From positions 227,868 through 291,867 of the forward strand of contig KV454016.1 in the NCBI GenBank assembly GCA_001661245.1: 64,000 nucleotides of DNA, given 5' to 3'. The notes below the pieces were generated by a model. That model saw only the letters and a program-made list of their open reading frames with translations. It was not told the DNA's origin and did not search any database. The DNA is from Pachysolen tannophilus NRRL Y-2460 (taxonomy: Eukaryota). Positions 22,789 through 35,629 of this stretch are shown one piece after another (position 1 is the first letter of the stretch; each line of letters opens with the position of its first letter). A program made the position numbers and the translations under genes.

Positions 22789-23990
22789 ATGTCAGGTGGT
22801 AATGGAAAGAGTTATGCTATGGAGACTGAATTAGTTTTGGCTAATCATAAGGATTCATTTAATTCATCAATTGTACCGCTTTACCAATCTGCTACTTTTA
22901 AGCAACCTTCATTAGATGATATGGGAGAATATGATTATACAAGATCAGGGAATCCTACTAGAACTGTATTACAGACTCATTTGAGTAAAATCATGAAGGC
23001 AGAATATTCATTTGTTGTTACTTCTGGTATGACTGCATTAGATGTTATTTGTAAATTATTAGATGCAGGTGATGAAGTTATTGCAGGTGATGATTTATAT
23101 GGTGGTACTGATAGATTATTAACAAGTTTAAATAAAAAAAAATTTTAAAAGTATCACAATATGATACTACAAATACAAAATTAATTAAATCAAAAATTAC
23201 TAAAGAAACAAAAATGATTTTTTTAGAAAGTCCAACAAATCCTTTAATAAAAGTTGTTGATTTACAAAAAATTACAGATTATGCTCATGAAATTAATCCC
23301 GATTGTTTAGTTGTATTTGATAATACAATGATGTCACCAGTATTGTTGACACCTTTGGATTTAGGTGTTGATATTCATTATGAATCTGCTACAAAATATC
23401 TTAATGGACATCATGATTTAATGGCTGGTGTTATTGCAACAAATTCTAAAAAAATTGCAGATGATATTTATTTTGCCATCAATGCAACTGGTTCCGGATT
23501 ACTGCCATTTGATTCATGGTTATTATCTAGAGGTTTGAAAACTTTATCAATTAGAATATTACAACAACAACAAAATGCAATTAAAATAGCTGAATTTTTA
23601 TCAAAATTAGGTTTAAAAGTTAGGTACCCTGGATTAAAAGAACATCCACAATATGAATTACATAAATCTTATACAAAAGGTCCAGGTGCTGTATTATCTT
23701 TTGAAACAGGATCAATTGAAATTAGTGAAAAAATCGTTAGTAATTGTGATTTATTTGGAATCACCGTTTCATTTGGATGTATCAATTCTTTAATATCAAT
23801 GCCTTGTAGAATGTCTCATGCATCAATTGACCCACTGAAAAGATTAGAAAGAGGTTTCCCAGAAGATTTAATAAGATTATCTATTGGTATTGAAAACCTG
23901 GATGATCTAATCAGTGATTTAACTGATGCTTTGAAAATTGCTGGTGCCATCAAAGAAGTTGACGGTAACTTGATAAACCTTTTAAAATAA
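22789..23990 (+). CDS. STR3: Cystathionine beta-lyase, split by a frameshift at the A9 run 23134-23142
   Basis: The 5' part has PLYQSATFKQ, YDYTRSGNPTR and GDDLYGGT. The 3' part has LESPTNP, DNTMMSP, ESATKYLNGHHD (PLP lysine) and MSHASI. One extra nucleotide would join the frames. Confidence 0.88.
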
Positions 23991-24359
23991 CTACATATAT
24001 ACTATATAAATATACAACTCGTTTATTACAATCTTCTTTCATTTAGTCGTTGTCGTCGTTGTCGTCATTGTCGTCATTCGTAATCTTTAATACCGATTCA
24101 TTAATACCCATTTTTAAAAGAGTGAAAATTGAAGAGAAAAACATGGTAGTGCACCGCAACACCAAAAAAGTAGTTTTGCCTTTTTCGACTTTGTAAAACT
24201 TCAGTTATCAGTCAATAAAATAAAATAAAATAAAATAAATAAATAAATAATCATTTATTAATTTAATTCAATTCAATCTCTCAATTCCAAAGTATACAAT
24301 TAGAAATTAGTTTCTGAAGTTATTTGAATCAATCATAACATAATTGTCTCAATCAATTC

Positions 24360-24390
<31 letters not shown>

Positions 24391-24690
24391 AGAATTCATT
24401 CATTTTATTAAAAGAAATAGTATAATCAGTTTTTCTTTTTTTATATATATATATTAATATAACAAAGAAAAATAATTGTTTGAGAAATTTATACACCAAG
24501 TTTTAATTTTTAATAAGAGTTTTCTTTTATTTTTTTTTTTTATATTTTTTTTTTTCTCTTTTGCATGCCATTATAGTAATAGCTCTTGCCTTTCAAAAAA
24601 AAAAAGAAAAAGAAGAGAGAGAGAGAGAGAGAGATTGTGTGAGTAAGAAAGGCACAAAGGGTGAGACTTTACTATTATTAAAAAAAATTT

Positions 24691-24724
<34 letters not shown>

Positions 24725-24748
24725 TGTTTTTTTTGTTTTTATTAAAAT

Positions 24749-26227
24749 ATGTCACAGACAAATAGTTCGCATAGTCATAACAGTAATATAATAGCAGGTC
24801 ATTTTAAGATAGATAAGAAGATTGGTGAAGGATCATTTGGGATTATATTTCAAGGGTATGATTTATCAAGAAATAATCAACCAGTTGCTATAAAATTTGA
24901 ATCTAGAAAATCTGAAGCTCCACAATTAAAAGATGAATTTAAAGCATATAAAATATTAAATTCAAGTATTAATAATATTTTAAGAAATAAAAATTCTTCT
25001 CAAATAGATCCTCATTTATCCATAGATGGAATTCCAAAAGTTTATTATTTTGGTCAAGAAGGTTATTATAATATTTTAATAATACAATTATTAGGACCTT
25101 CATTAGAAGATTTATTTGATTGGTGTAATAGAAAATTTTCTATAAAGACAGTAGCTCAAATTTCAAAACAAATGATTAGAAGAATTCAATTTGTTCATGA
25201 AAATGATTTAATTTACAGAGATATAAAACCTGATAATTTTCTTATTGGTATTGATTCAAATATAATTTATTTAGTTGATTTTGGAATGATAAAACAATAT
25301 AGAAATCCAGTAACAAAACAACATATTCCATATAGAGAAAGAAAATCATTAAGTGGTACTGCTCGTTATATGTCAATAAATACACATTTAGGTAGAGAAC
25401 AATCAAGAAGAGATGATTTAGAAAGTTTAGGTCATGTTTTTTTATATTTTTTAAAAGGTGAATTACCTTGGCAAGGTTTAAAACTGCCAACAAATAAACT
25501 TAAATATGAAAAAATTGGTGAAAAAAAACAATCAACACCAATTGAAGAATTATGTTATGGATTACCAACTCAATATCAAGATTATATGAAATATGTTAGA
25601 AATTTGAAATTTGAAGAAAAACCAGACTATGATCATTTATGTAATCTAATGGATGATGTATTAACTGATTCAGGTACTACTGATGATGGGTATTACGATT
25701 GGATGGATTTAAACGATGGTAAAGGATGGGACTGGAGTAAAAATAAGAAAATCAACTTGAATGGATATGGAAGTAATAATAATAATAATAATAATAATAA
25801 TGCAAATAATAACAATGCAAATAATAATAATAATAACAACAACAACAACAACAATAATAATAGTAATAAGCTGAATCAACGCCAGCAGACTAATGCCAAT
25901 ACAAATCAAACAACTAATACAATAAATCATTTAAGAAGAGCTTCTTCAAATGCTCAACAGAATAAGTATTATCTAAATTCCGGATTTTACCAAAATACTC
26001 CTAGAAATGGTAATAATAGCAATAATAATAATAATAATAATTCAAGAACTATTGGAGGAGCAGCACCTGGAGTAGGAGGACAACAGAGTGGAAATGATAC
26101 AAGACAGCAACAGTTACAGAGACTAGGATTGAGACCTGTAAATGATCACGGTGAAATATACGTTATTAATGATGATGAGGATAATAGCAAGAGTTGGTGG
26201 AAAAAGATTTTTTGTCTGTGTTGTTAA
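24749..26227 (+). CDS. YCK3: Casein kinase I, Yck3-like, with C-terminal palmitoylation cysteines
   Basis: Motifs KIGEGSFG, LLGPSLEDLF, YRDIKPDNF, SLSGTARYMS and NKLKYEKIG; ends CLCC; lies near DSE1-RSP5 as in S. cerevisiae. Confidence 0.85.
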   Translation: MSQTNSSHSHNSNIIAGHFKIDKKIGEGSFGIIFQGYDLSRNNQPVAIKFESRKSEAPQLKDEFKAYKILNSSINNILRNKNSSQIDPHLSIDGIPKVYYFGQEGYYNILIIQLLGPSLEDLFDWCNRKFSIKTVAQISKQMIRRIQFVHENDLIYRDIKPDNFLIGIDSNIIYLVDFGMIKQYRNPVTKQHIPYRERKSLSGTARYMSINTHLGREQSRRDDLESLGHVFLYFLKGELPWQGLKLPTNKLKYEKIGEKKQSTPIEELCYGLPTQYQDYMKYVRNLKFEEKPDYDHLCNLMDDVLTDSGTTDDGYYDWMDLNDGKGWDWSKNKKINLNGYGSNNNNNNNNNANNNNANNNNNNNNNNNNNNSNKLNQRQQTNANTNQTTNTINHLRRASSNAQQNKYYLNSGFYQNTPRNGNNSNNNNNNNSRTIGGAAPGVGGQQSGNDTRQQQLQRLGLRPVNDHGEIYVINDDEDNSKSWWKKIFCLCC

Positions 26228-26818
26228 TTAAATTTTGTGTTTTTATTTCATGATTGTTGTGCATTTTCTTGGTTTTTTTTTTTCTTTACAAATAATAGAT
26301 TTTTTGCAGAAGGGTATTTTATTCAAAATTTCATCTTATTGAAGTTGTTAGCACTAGGACATTGAATTTAAAAAAAAAAAAAATTCATTCTTGATCAATA
26401 ATGATTTTGTTAGAAGTTTTATGAGCGTTTTTTCTTTTTTTTGTTATCTTTTTTTCTTTTTTTTTTCTTCTTCTCTTTTTCTTATATTATTACTATTATT
26501 ATTAATTTGTCGGGGTTAATATTTTCTACAATCTCTTATTCTATATTTTATCATATAATAGTTAATTTTTATTATCTTTTAAAAAATATTTGCTCTTTTT
26601 GTATTCATCAATTTGATAATTCTTAGTCTCTTTGTTGGTGAAAAGTTGGTAGAATTGAGCGCGTTTTTTATACAATTTTTATTTTAATTTTTAATTTTTT
26701 TTTTAAACTTGGTTATATATATTGATTGATTGATATAAAGAAAAATCCAATTTATTTTTCTTTTCACTGTTAGTTTTGTTTCTTCAATAACAAGAGGTTA
26801 AAGGAAGTTTAATTTCAG

Positions 26819-27799
26819 ATGAGTAACGATAAACTTCAGCTAAATTCAAGATGTCTTGCTTATCATGGTCCATTATTATATGAAGCTAGAATTTTAAAAA
26901 TTCATGAACCGAATAAATCATTTGTTAATGTTTATAAGAACGATAGTCCTCAAACTTTGGAAGAAGCTCAGTTACCTAAGATAATGCATGATAGATATGG
27001 TTATTTTATTCATTATAAAGGTTGGAAGGCCACATGGGATGAATGGGTTGACCATTCAAGAATATTAACATATTCTTTTGAAAATATAAAATTACAAAAA
27101 GAATTAAAAGCTGCTGCTTTGCTGGCTTCAACTAATCAAGGACTGCTGATTTCTTCTTCTACATCATCAAAAAGATCTTTAGAAGAAGATTCTTCTTCTA
27201 ATGTACCTTCTACAAATAATAAGAAAAGTAAAAAAAATCAGGATACTACATTGGAAAGAGAAGATGAATTTATGAAAAGGCCAGAAATTTCAATAGTGAT
27301 CCCAGATAATTTGAAGTCTTCATTGGTAGATGATTGGGAGTTTATCACTAAAGAAAATCAGTTGGTCTCTTTACCACTGAAAGTAACCGTGAATGATATA
27401 CTAGTAAAATATCAACTGTTTAAAATAGGGAATAAGAAATCTATTCCTAATTCAGGTGTAATAAAGGAAATTATAGATGGACTAAAGCTTTATTTCAATA
27501 AATCTTTAGGTTCAATCTTATTATATAGATTTGAAAGACAACAATACTTGGATATACTTTCTTTAGAAGAAAATAAAGATAAAGAATTAGTGGATATATA
27601 CGGGGTTGAGCATTTATTAAGATTATTTGTTTCCTTACCGGGATTGATTGCACAGACTTCAATGGATCAACAGTCTATTGGAATATTAAAAGATTTTTTG
27701 GAAGATGTATTAAAATTTTTAGATAAGCATTACGATGAATTCTTCCAAAGACAATATGAAAATGTTACACCTGCTTATGATTCCTTGGTGAAGAATTAA
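26819..27799 (+). CDS. EAF3: Chromodomain/MRG protein Eaf3
   Basis: Motifs AYHGPLLYEARI, YFIHYKGWKATWDEWV, LVDDWEFITK, LLYRFERQQY and YGVEHLLRL. Confidence 0.96.
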   Translation: MSNDKLQLNSRCLAYHGPLLYEARILKIHEPNKSFVNVYKNDSPQTLEEAQLPKIMHDRYGYFIHYKGWKATWDEWVDHSRILTYSFENIKLQKELKAAALLASTNQGLLISSSTSSKRSLEEDSSSNVPSTNNKKSKKNQDTTLEREDEFMKRPEISIVIPDNLKSSLVDDWEFITKENQLVSLPLKVTVNDILVKYQLFKIGNKKSIPNSGVIKEIIDGLKLYFNKSLGSILLYRFERQQYLDILSLEENKDKELVDIYGVEHLLRLFVSLPGLIAQTSMDQQSIGILKDFLEDVLKFLDKHYDEFFQRQYENVTPAYDSLVKN

Positions 27800-28103
27800 A
27801 AAAAGAAAAATAGTTATTATGAGTTTTATTTTAGAGTCCATTATTAAGGGATGCCCTTATATATTTCTTTTTCATTTTATTGTTTTGAAATAAAAGTTTT
27901 CATTTTTATTATGTTGGAAGGAAAAAGAACACCATTAAAAGTATTTTAAATATATATTTATGTATATATGTATATATAAAGAACATTATTAAGATTAATG
28001 AATAAGAAAGTAAATTAGAAACAAATTGTAAAGTAAAACAGAAAAACGAACCAAAAGAAAATAAGACAAACCCAAACAAAACATTTCAACAATAAAATCA
28101 TAA

Positions 28104-30122
28104 TTAATACAAGGATTGTCTTTCCCTCTTATTAATCAATAACGGCAGTACAGGTCTGAATTGAGAATCATCTTCAATACTTAAGTCTGTTAATAAATCT
28201 TCATTACCACCTTCGGCTAACGTGGTTCCAGAAATATCTCTTAGTTTCTCTAAGAACTTACCCTTTTCTAAATTCAGCAAGCCTTCTTTAAACCAATTTT
28301 TCTTGGACATGATTAGTACTTTATCATCATTTGGTGATACGAGTGTCTTTGAATGATCTTCCTCGTAGAAAGGATGTGTGAAAAATTGGCTATTGGTTTC
28401 TTTCGAATTTGAAAATGGGGAATTATGAACATCAAACAATGTTTCTCCCGATGAAGAGATTGCTCTTTCTTGATAGTTAGTAGAGACAACAGATGACATC
28501 TTTGGTAGTAATAATATGTGATCAGTTAAAGTTTCGTTAGATATATTATGAAGATTTTTAAAATATTTGTGTGGAATCGACTGTGGTGTTCTTGGGCTTG
28601 ATGATGGGGAATTGTAAGAACTATTATCCTCAGTTAATGAGCTTTGTTCCAATTCTTCATGAATTGATTCAGGTATCGAATTCAATATCATTTTGTTATC
28701 AACATTGTTGTTTTCCTTTGTATGAATACCTAAAAATGATGAGCCGTCGATGCTTAAAATCTTGTCATTGACATTAACCATATCAACAATACAAGTATTT
28801 GAAGCGGGTATAATGGTTCCACACTGTCTTGTATTTAAAATATCTTCAACCAATTCAATTTGATCTCTTTTGTTTTTAACTAATTTAATAGAATTGAAAC
28901 CAGATTTCAAAGTACATTTTAAATTATTCTCACAACTTTCATTGTAAGTAACGTCCGCTAGATTCCAATGAATAATCTTACCATCTTTTGAACCAGTATA
29001 TAACTCGTTTGATTTTAGATTTGACCATTCAATGGATGTTGTTGAATCTTCATGACCTTCTAATACGGCAAAAGAATCATTTGTCTTTCTTACATCCCAT
29101 AATCTTACTATTCCATTTGCGTAAGAAGATGCCAAAATATTTGGATCAAATAAAGACCATTTAACCTTATTTGCAACGCTTTTATTATAACGCAGATTTT
29201 GTTGAGATTTCCCTTGGATAGTACATGAATTTGTAGAAGGAACGAAAAAACTTGGAGCTCCATCTGGTGCTCTTAAATCATGTAAAGCTATACCAAATTC
29301 TCCACATACTCCCAAGATTCCATCTCTATAAGGCGAAGAATCAAAACTTTTAATACCTTTTGATTTATTTTTCAAAATTGGGAATTTTGATCTTGAACTA
29401 TCCCACATAAAGAAATTTTCTTTATAGATAGTTAACAAAGAATTTATATTACAAGATCTCCAACTCTTTGGAGACAATTCCAATTCCGTTATTGCCTGTC
29501 TATTGATATCAAGTTTGTAATCGTTATTATCATCAACTAATTGCTTTTCATGATTAAATCTCTTGATGATCTCAGCGGATTGGAAATCCTGATTATCCAA
29601 TTCTGGGATTAAAGTCAAATTTACATAACCTTTTGTATGACCAGAAATTAAAAAATTTATATCATCTGAACGATCAACACAATTCAACCATTTCATTGAC
29701 CAAATATTTGGCAAAGTAATAGTTTGATTATGTGCTAATAACATTTTATCGACGTTTAAATCATAAATTAACAAATTTGATGACTTTGAAGAATGAGAAA
29801 TAGCCAATAAATCTTTGTCATTATGAGAAGATACTGAAGTTAAAAAAGCATTAGCAGCTTCACCATCTTTTTCAGTAGAATTAATTTTCCAATAGTGAGA
29901 AGTAATTTGACCAAAATTTTGTAAAGATGAATTTGTCTTATTCAAGACTTTTGTTTCATTTTCAGGAGTTGATGGCATCCACTGATCATTTTGTGATAAA
30001 ATTTTTGACCTTAATTTTTCCAATTCATCTTCTTCCCTAGCTAAAAATTCACTTTCTTCTTTTGTTAAATAAGAGTTTTTTAAATTAGAACGAGTATTAG
30101 AAGTAGCTGATAATGTTGACAT
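28104..30122 (-). CDS. DSE1: WD40 protein Dse1-like
   Basis: WD repeats (VRLWDVRK, GSKDGKIIHWNL), HNQTITLPNI and QCGTIIPASN; divergent from RSP5 as in S. cerevisiae. Confidence 0.8.
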   Translation of the reverse strand: MSTLSATSNTRSNLKNSYLTKEESEFLAREEDELEKLRSKILSQNDQWMPSTPENETKVLNKTNSSLQNFGQITSHYWKINSTEKDGEAANAFLTSVSSHNDKDLLAISHSSKSSNLLIYDLNVDKMLLAHNQTITLPNIWSMKWLNCVDRSDDINFLISGHTKGYVNLTLIPELDNQDFQSAEIIKRFNHEKQLVDDNNDYKLDINRQAITELELSPKSWRSCNINSLLTIYKENFFMWDSSRSKFPILKNKSKGIKSFDSSPYRDGILGVCGEFGIALHDLRAPDGAPSFFVPSTNSCTIQGKSQQNLRYNKSVANKVKWSLFDPNILASSYANGIVRLWDVRKTNDSFAVLEGHEDSTTSIEWSNLKSNELYTGSKDGKIIHWNLADVTYNESCENNLKCTLKSGFNSIKLVKNKRDQIELVEDILNTRQCGTIIPASNTCIVDMVNVNDKILSIDGSSFLGIHTKENNNVDNKMILNSIPESIHEELEQSSLTEDNSSYNSPSSSPRTPQSIPHKYFKNLHNISNETLTDHILLLPKMSSVVSTNYQERAISSSGETLFDVHNSPFSNSKETNSQFFTHPFYEEDHSKTLVSPNDDKVLIMSKKNWFKEGLLNLEKGKFLEKLRDISGTTLAEGGNEDLLTDLSIEDDSQFRPVLPLLINKRERQSLY

Positions 30123-30341
30123 TAGTGATAATCAACCAATTTGAAAATAAAGAAAAAGTCAAAAATGAAAAAAAAAAAATGAATGAATGAATGAACTAGT
30201 ACACCTCTTGAGTTTTAAACGAATGATACACCAATAGAGGGGTCTAAAGATATTGAAAATAACAAACTTCAAAAAAACATATCTCTAATAAGTACCTGAA
30301 AATATATTATCTTTATATTCAAGGTCTTCTAGCTACCACGG

Positions 30342-30651
30342 GCTGGTCTTGAAACTTTTTTTAGGTAATAGTAGCATATCGATACAGAAACAGAAATACC
30401 ATAATAAACAAAACCCAAAACAATAACAAAAAAGCAAAAAAAAAAAAAAAAAAAAATAAAAGAAGAGCTGGCCTTAAACCATTACTCCTTTCTGAAGTAT
30501 TGAAGAATCCACCTAATCACCCTAGTGAACAAACTAAATTTATTTTGAATCAATTTAATAGAATACTTTTAAAAAATATAAAAGTACATCTCATACACAT
30601 ACCGGCATGAGCCGCACGATTTACTTTTTAGGAAATAAGACATTCTCCAGC
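30342..30651. promoter_or_regulatory. Three candidate Ace2 sites (CCAGC/GCTGG) upstream of DSE1
   Basis: GCTGGT at 30342, GCTGG at 30467 and CCAGC at 30647. DSE1 is an Ace2 target in other yeasts. Confidence 0.5.
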
Positions 30652-31862
30652 CATTTCTTACTTCAACTTTAACAACAAAATATGATTGAGCTATAATGGA
30701 AAATATCAATAACGTGGGTACCAACCGTTACATACTGATCAACCAAAGGTTTGTTTCAATCAAAAGGAGAAAAAAAAATAAGAAAGAAAAAAAAAATACA
30801 GCAAGCAAGATAACAAATGCCTAACTAATCAAATAATTTTTCATGCATTAACATTATCATCGCTGTAAAATTTCACCACCATAGTAATAAAGTAACGAAC
30901 TAAAGAAAAAAAAAGAAGCAGCAGAACCAGATAGAGTAGAGTAGAGTATAGACTTGATCAGAAACAGGGGACCTGATATATGAAACATAGAGTTAGTATT
31001 ATTCCCAGTACCCAAATCGCTGTGCCTCATCATACATATATATATTTGGTTACCTTTAGGTACCGCGGGCGGAACCTAAAGGTGGCCTCATTTTACTAGC
31101 CCAATTTACTAGGAACAATCCGGCGTCCCGGCCCGCTAACACTATCTCTTCTCCAAGCAGAGCTACTTCTCTTTTTCCGGCCTGAAATTTCCGGCCTTTG
31201 CCCAAAAAGGAATATTGACACGCCAATAAGAGAGATGACAAATTTGGCAGATCCCGAACAAGAAGCAGAAGAAATTTTGATCAAAATAAGTTAGTAATAT
31301 ATGGTAATATCATTAATTAATATATATATATGTATATTCAACTAATAGGTATTATCATAGTTATTTGGTTCATTGAACTGAAGATAGTAATAGACTAAGC
31401 TTAAAACTTTTATTTTATTTTATTTTATTTTATTTTATTTTTTTTTTTTTATTTTTTTGTTTTTATTTTTTTCTTGTTTTTGTTATTATTATTTATATCT
31501 TTGCTGTGTCATCAACGCCGTAAATACACATTAAGTATATGATTTTGAAATTCTTCAATTTTCTTTTGGGTTCAATTTGATAAAAAAAAAGGCAAAGACA
31601 ACATATAATAATAAAAGAGATTGATTATATATTGTATTGGTGTGCTTTGTATCATTTGAGTTCAATATTGATAGATTGATAAATTTATTTTCAAGAAATT
31701 TTTCTTTTTTTTTTTCAATACAAAAGGCGATTTATTATCGGCTTATAATTTTTTTCTTTAAACAAAGATCAAAACAAGACAAACTTTTCTGTATATTAAG
31801 TTGCTATTTAAATTTCATTATACCGTTTTTTTTATCCACATAGATTAATTAATTAATTTATC

Positions 31863-34368
31863 ATGCCAAAGTAAGTTAGATTTTATATATTAGTTTGTTA
31901 TTACTTGAGTTTTTCAGAAGAAGGTTTAAATTTGCTAACAATTGTTTTTTTTTTAATAAAAAAAAAAAAATTTTTATTTATTTATTTTTTTATTATTTAT
32001 TATTATTAAAATTAATAGCCAGCAGCAGCAGCAGCATAAGATTATTGTTAAAGTGATTGGCGCTGAGTCTCTATATAAGAGAGATGTGTTTAGATCACCA
32101 GATCCATTTGCTGTATTGACTATAGATGGAATGCAGACGAAATCAACTACATCTGCGAAAAGAACATTGAATCCTTTTTGGAATGAATCATTTGAATTTA
32201 CTGCTACTGAAAATTCGATATTAGTCATACAAATTTTTGATCAAAAGAAATTTAAAAAGAAAGATCAAGGGTTTTTAGGTGTTATAAATTTAAGAATAGG
32301 TGATAGTATTGATTTGAATTTACCAGGAAATTCTGAAGAAACAATAACAAGAGATTTGAAAAAATCAAACGACAATTTAGTAGTTAGTGGTAAGATAATT
32401 ATAAGTATTGCTAATGCAGATAATCGATCATCAAACTCTAGAGCCCAAGATTCAAACACTTCTAATCACAGAACGGCATCTGCTTCTGCCAATGCTGCAT
32501 CATCATCATCACCAAATAACAATAACAACTCCGTAACCAATAATAACAATAATAATAATACTAGTGGATCAAATAGACTGTATTCATCATTTGAAGATCA
32601 ATTTGGTAGATTGCCTCCAGGATGGGAACGTAGAACAGATAATTTTGGAAGAACATATTATGTAGATCATAATTCAAGAACAACAACTTGGAAAAGACCA
32701 GCATTGAATCAAACAGAAGCAGAAAGAGGTCAACAAAGAACAAATGTCACAGAGGCAGAAAGAAGACAACATAGAGGAAGAACTTTACCCGGTGAAGGCC
32801 CATTATCTCCATCACTTGGTTCGTCTTCAAATTCTGTCACAGTACAAACAGCGTCAAACTCTGCCACTCCGGCTTCAAATCCAGGTGTTGCATTATCAAT
32901 GGCAGCTACTGGTGCTACAACAGCAGGATTGGGAGAATTACCATCGGGATGGGAACAAAGGTTAACACCTGAAGGTAGACCATATTTTGTAGATCACAAC
33001 ACAAGAACTACAACATGGGTTGATCCAAGAAGACAACAATATATTAGAACTGTTGGACCAAATACAACAATTCAACAACAACCTGTTTCACAATTAGGAC
33101 CATTGCCATCAGGTTGGGAAATGAGATTAACAAATACGGCTCGAGTTTATTTTGTCGATCATAATACAAAAACAACTACATGGGATGATCCTAGATTACC
33201 GTCTTCATTGGATCAAAATGTTCCTCAATATAAACGTGATTTTAGAAGAAAAGTTATTTATTTTAGATCACAACCTGCTTTAAGAATATTACCAGGTCAA
33301 TGTCATATTAAAGTAAGAAGAACTCATATATTTGAAGATTCATATCAAGAAATTATGAGACAAACTCCAGAAGATTTGAAGAAAAGATTAATGATTAAAT
33401 TTGATGGTGAAGAAGGGTTAGATTATGGAGGAGTTTCAAGAGAATTTTTCTTTTTGTTGTCGCATGATATGTTTAATCCATTTTACTGTTTATTTGAATA
33501 TTCTTCCCATGATAATTATACATTACAAATTAATCCAAATTCAGGTATAAACCCAGAACATTTGAATTATTTCAAATTTATTGGAAGAGTTGTTGGTTTG
33601 GGTGTTTTCCATAGAAGATTTTTGGATGCATTCTTTGTTGGAGCATTATATAAGATGATGTTACGTAAGAAAGTTGTTTTACAAGATATGGAAGGTGTTG
33701 ATGCAGAATTTTATAGATCTTTGAAGTGGATTATAGAAAATGATATCACTGATGTTTTGGATTTGACCTTTAGTGCAGAAGATGAGAGATTTGGTGAAAT
33801 TGTTACTGTTGATTTGAAAGAAAATGGTAGAAATATTGAAGTTACAGAAGAAAATAAACGTGCATATGTTGAACTTATCACAGAATGGAAGATATTCAAG
33901 AGAGTTGAGCAACAATTCAAAGCATTCATTGATGGATTCAATGAATTAATTCCTCAAGATTTAGTTAATGTTTTTGATGAGAGGGAATTAGAATTGTTGA
34001 TTGGTGGATTAGCAGAAATAGATGTTGAGGATTGGAAAAAACATACAGATTATAGAGGATATCAAGAAAGTGATGAAGTTATCCAATGGTTCTGGAGATG
34101 TATCAAAGAATGGGACAGCGAACAAAAGGCAAGATTGTTACAATTTACTACGGGAACTTCAAGAATCCCAGTTAATGGGTTTAAAGATTTACAAGGTTCA
34201 GATGGACCTAGAAGATTTACCATTGAAAAAGCAGGAGAACCTAATCAATTACCTAAATCTCATACATGTTTCAATAGGGTTGATTTACCTCCTTATAAAG
34301 ACTATGAAAGTTTGAAACAAAAATTAACATTGGCTGTCGAAGAAACTGTTGGGTTCGGACAAGAATAG
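31863..34368 (+). CDS. RSP5: NEDD4-family HECT E3 ligase; exons 31863-31870 and 32019-34368
   Basis: C2 domain, three WW domains and a HECT domain with LPKSHTCFN. The 8-nt first exon ATGCCAAA is followed by GTAAGT, TGCTAAC (31933) and TAG (32016-32018), giving [15 protein letters not shown]. Confidence 0.96.
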
Positions 34369-34639
34369 AGAATGTGTTAAATGGGGGTTTTTTTTTTTAC
34401 TTTTCTGAAAAAAATTTTGTTTTTTTTTTTTTGAATTTTATTTTTGTTTTTATTTGTTAATCTGTCTTTTTGTTTGTTTGTTTCTGTTACGGAGGTTCAT
34501 TCATATACTTACTGTTTTTTAAGAAAAAAATCAGAAATTTTTCTAATCTCTCTATGTGGGAAGAACTAGAACTAGAACTAGAATTAAAAATCTAAATCTA
34601 GAGCTGGAAGAACATTACTGAAATTTGATGAAGAAGAAC

Positions 34640-34673
<34 letters not shown>

Positions 34674-35011
34674 NNNNNNNNNNNNNNNNNNNNNNNNNNN
34701 NNNNNNNNNNNNNNNNNNNNNNNNNNNNNNNNNNNNNNNNNNNNNNNNNNNNNNNNNNNNNNNNNNNNNNNNNNNNNNNNNNNNNNNNNNNNNNNNNNNN
34801 NNNNNNNNNNNNNNNNNNNNNNNNNNNNNNNNNNNNNNNNNNNNNNNNNNNNNNNNNNNNNNNNNNNNNNNNNNNNNNNNNNNNNNNNNNNNNNNNNNNN
34901 NNNNNNNNNNNNNNNNNNNNNNNNNNNNNNNNNNNNNNNNNNNNNNNNNNNNNNNNNNNNNNNNNNNNNNNNNNNNNNNNNNNNNNNNNNNNNNNNNNNN
35001 NNNNNNNNNNN
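34674..35011. other. Assembly gap (N run) flanked by poly-A
   Basis: N characters. Confidence 1.
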
Positions 35012-35054
<43 letters not shown>

Positions 35055-35629
35055 AAAAAAAAAAAAAAGAAAAGAAAACAAAGCTCTTCATGGAAAAGAT
35101 CTGTTTTATTTTGGCGATTCATGTGAACCATATATATATATCATTCAATTATCCTTTTTTTTTTATATATTATTTTCTTTTGTTTTTTTTTTTTTGTTCT
35201 TGTCTGTGAATAATTTTTTATACCATGATTTATTTTAATTGAAAACTCTTGTGGGTTTTTTAAAGTTTTATTATTCTTTGACTCTTTTATTTAAAGAAAT
35301 ATCAGGATATCAATCATTTTGCTTTTTTTAAAAACACAATCACACATATATATATCTATATATATATATATAGTTGATAATGATCATCTTCTGATAATAG
35401 TAGCTGTTCTTCTCTTCTTGTCTGCTTGCACTCGGTTGGAATTGCAGTAGTTTGCGTTTGATCAAAAATGGCTATTTTTTAAAACTCGCAAAAAAAAAAA
35501 AAATGTAAACAGACATATGATGCGTAACATAAATAATTTTAAATTCTTCTTAAACATAAAAGAATTGTTAATTGAACTCATTTGTAATTCAATTGATTGT
35601 TATTGGATTCGATTAATTTCAAATAGAAG

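Noticed and set aside
34584..35209. ORF-track ORFs of poly-F, poly-K and X
   Set aside because: Artefacts of the N gap and flanking homopolymers; the same applies to 51329-52381.
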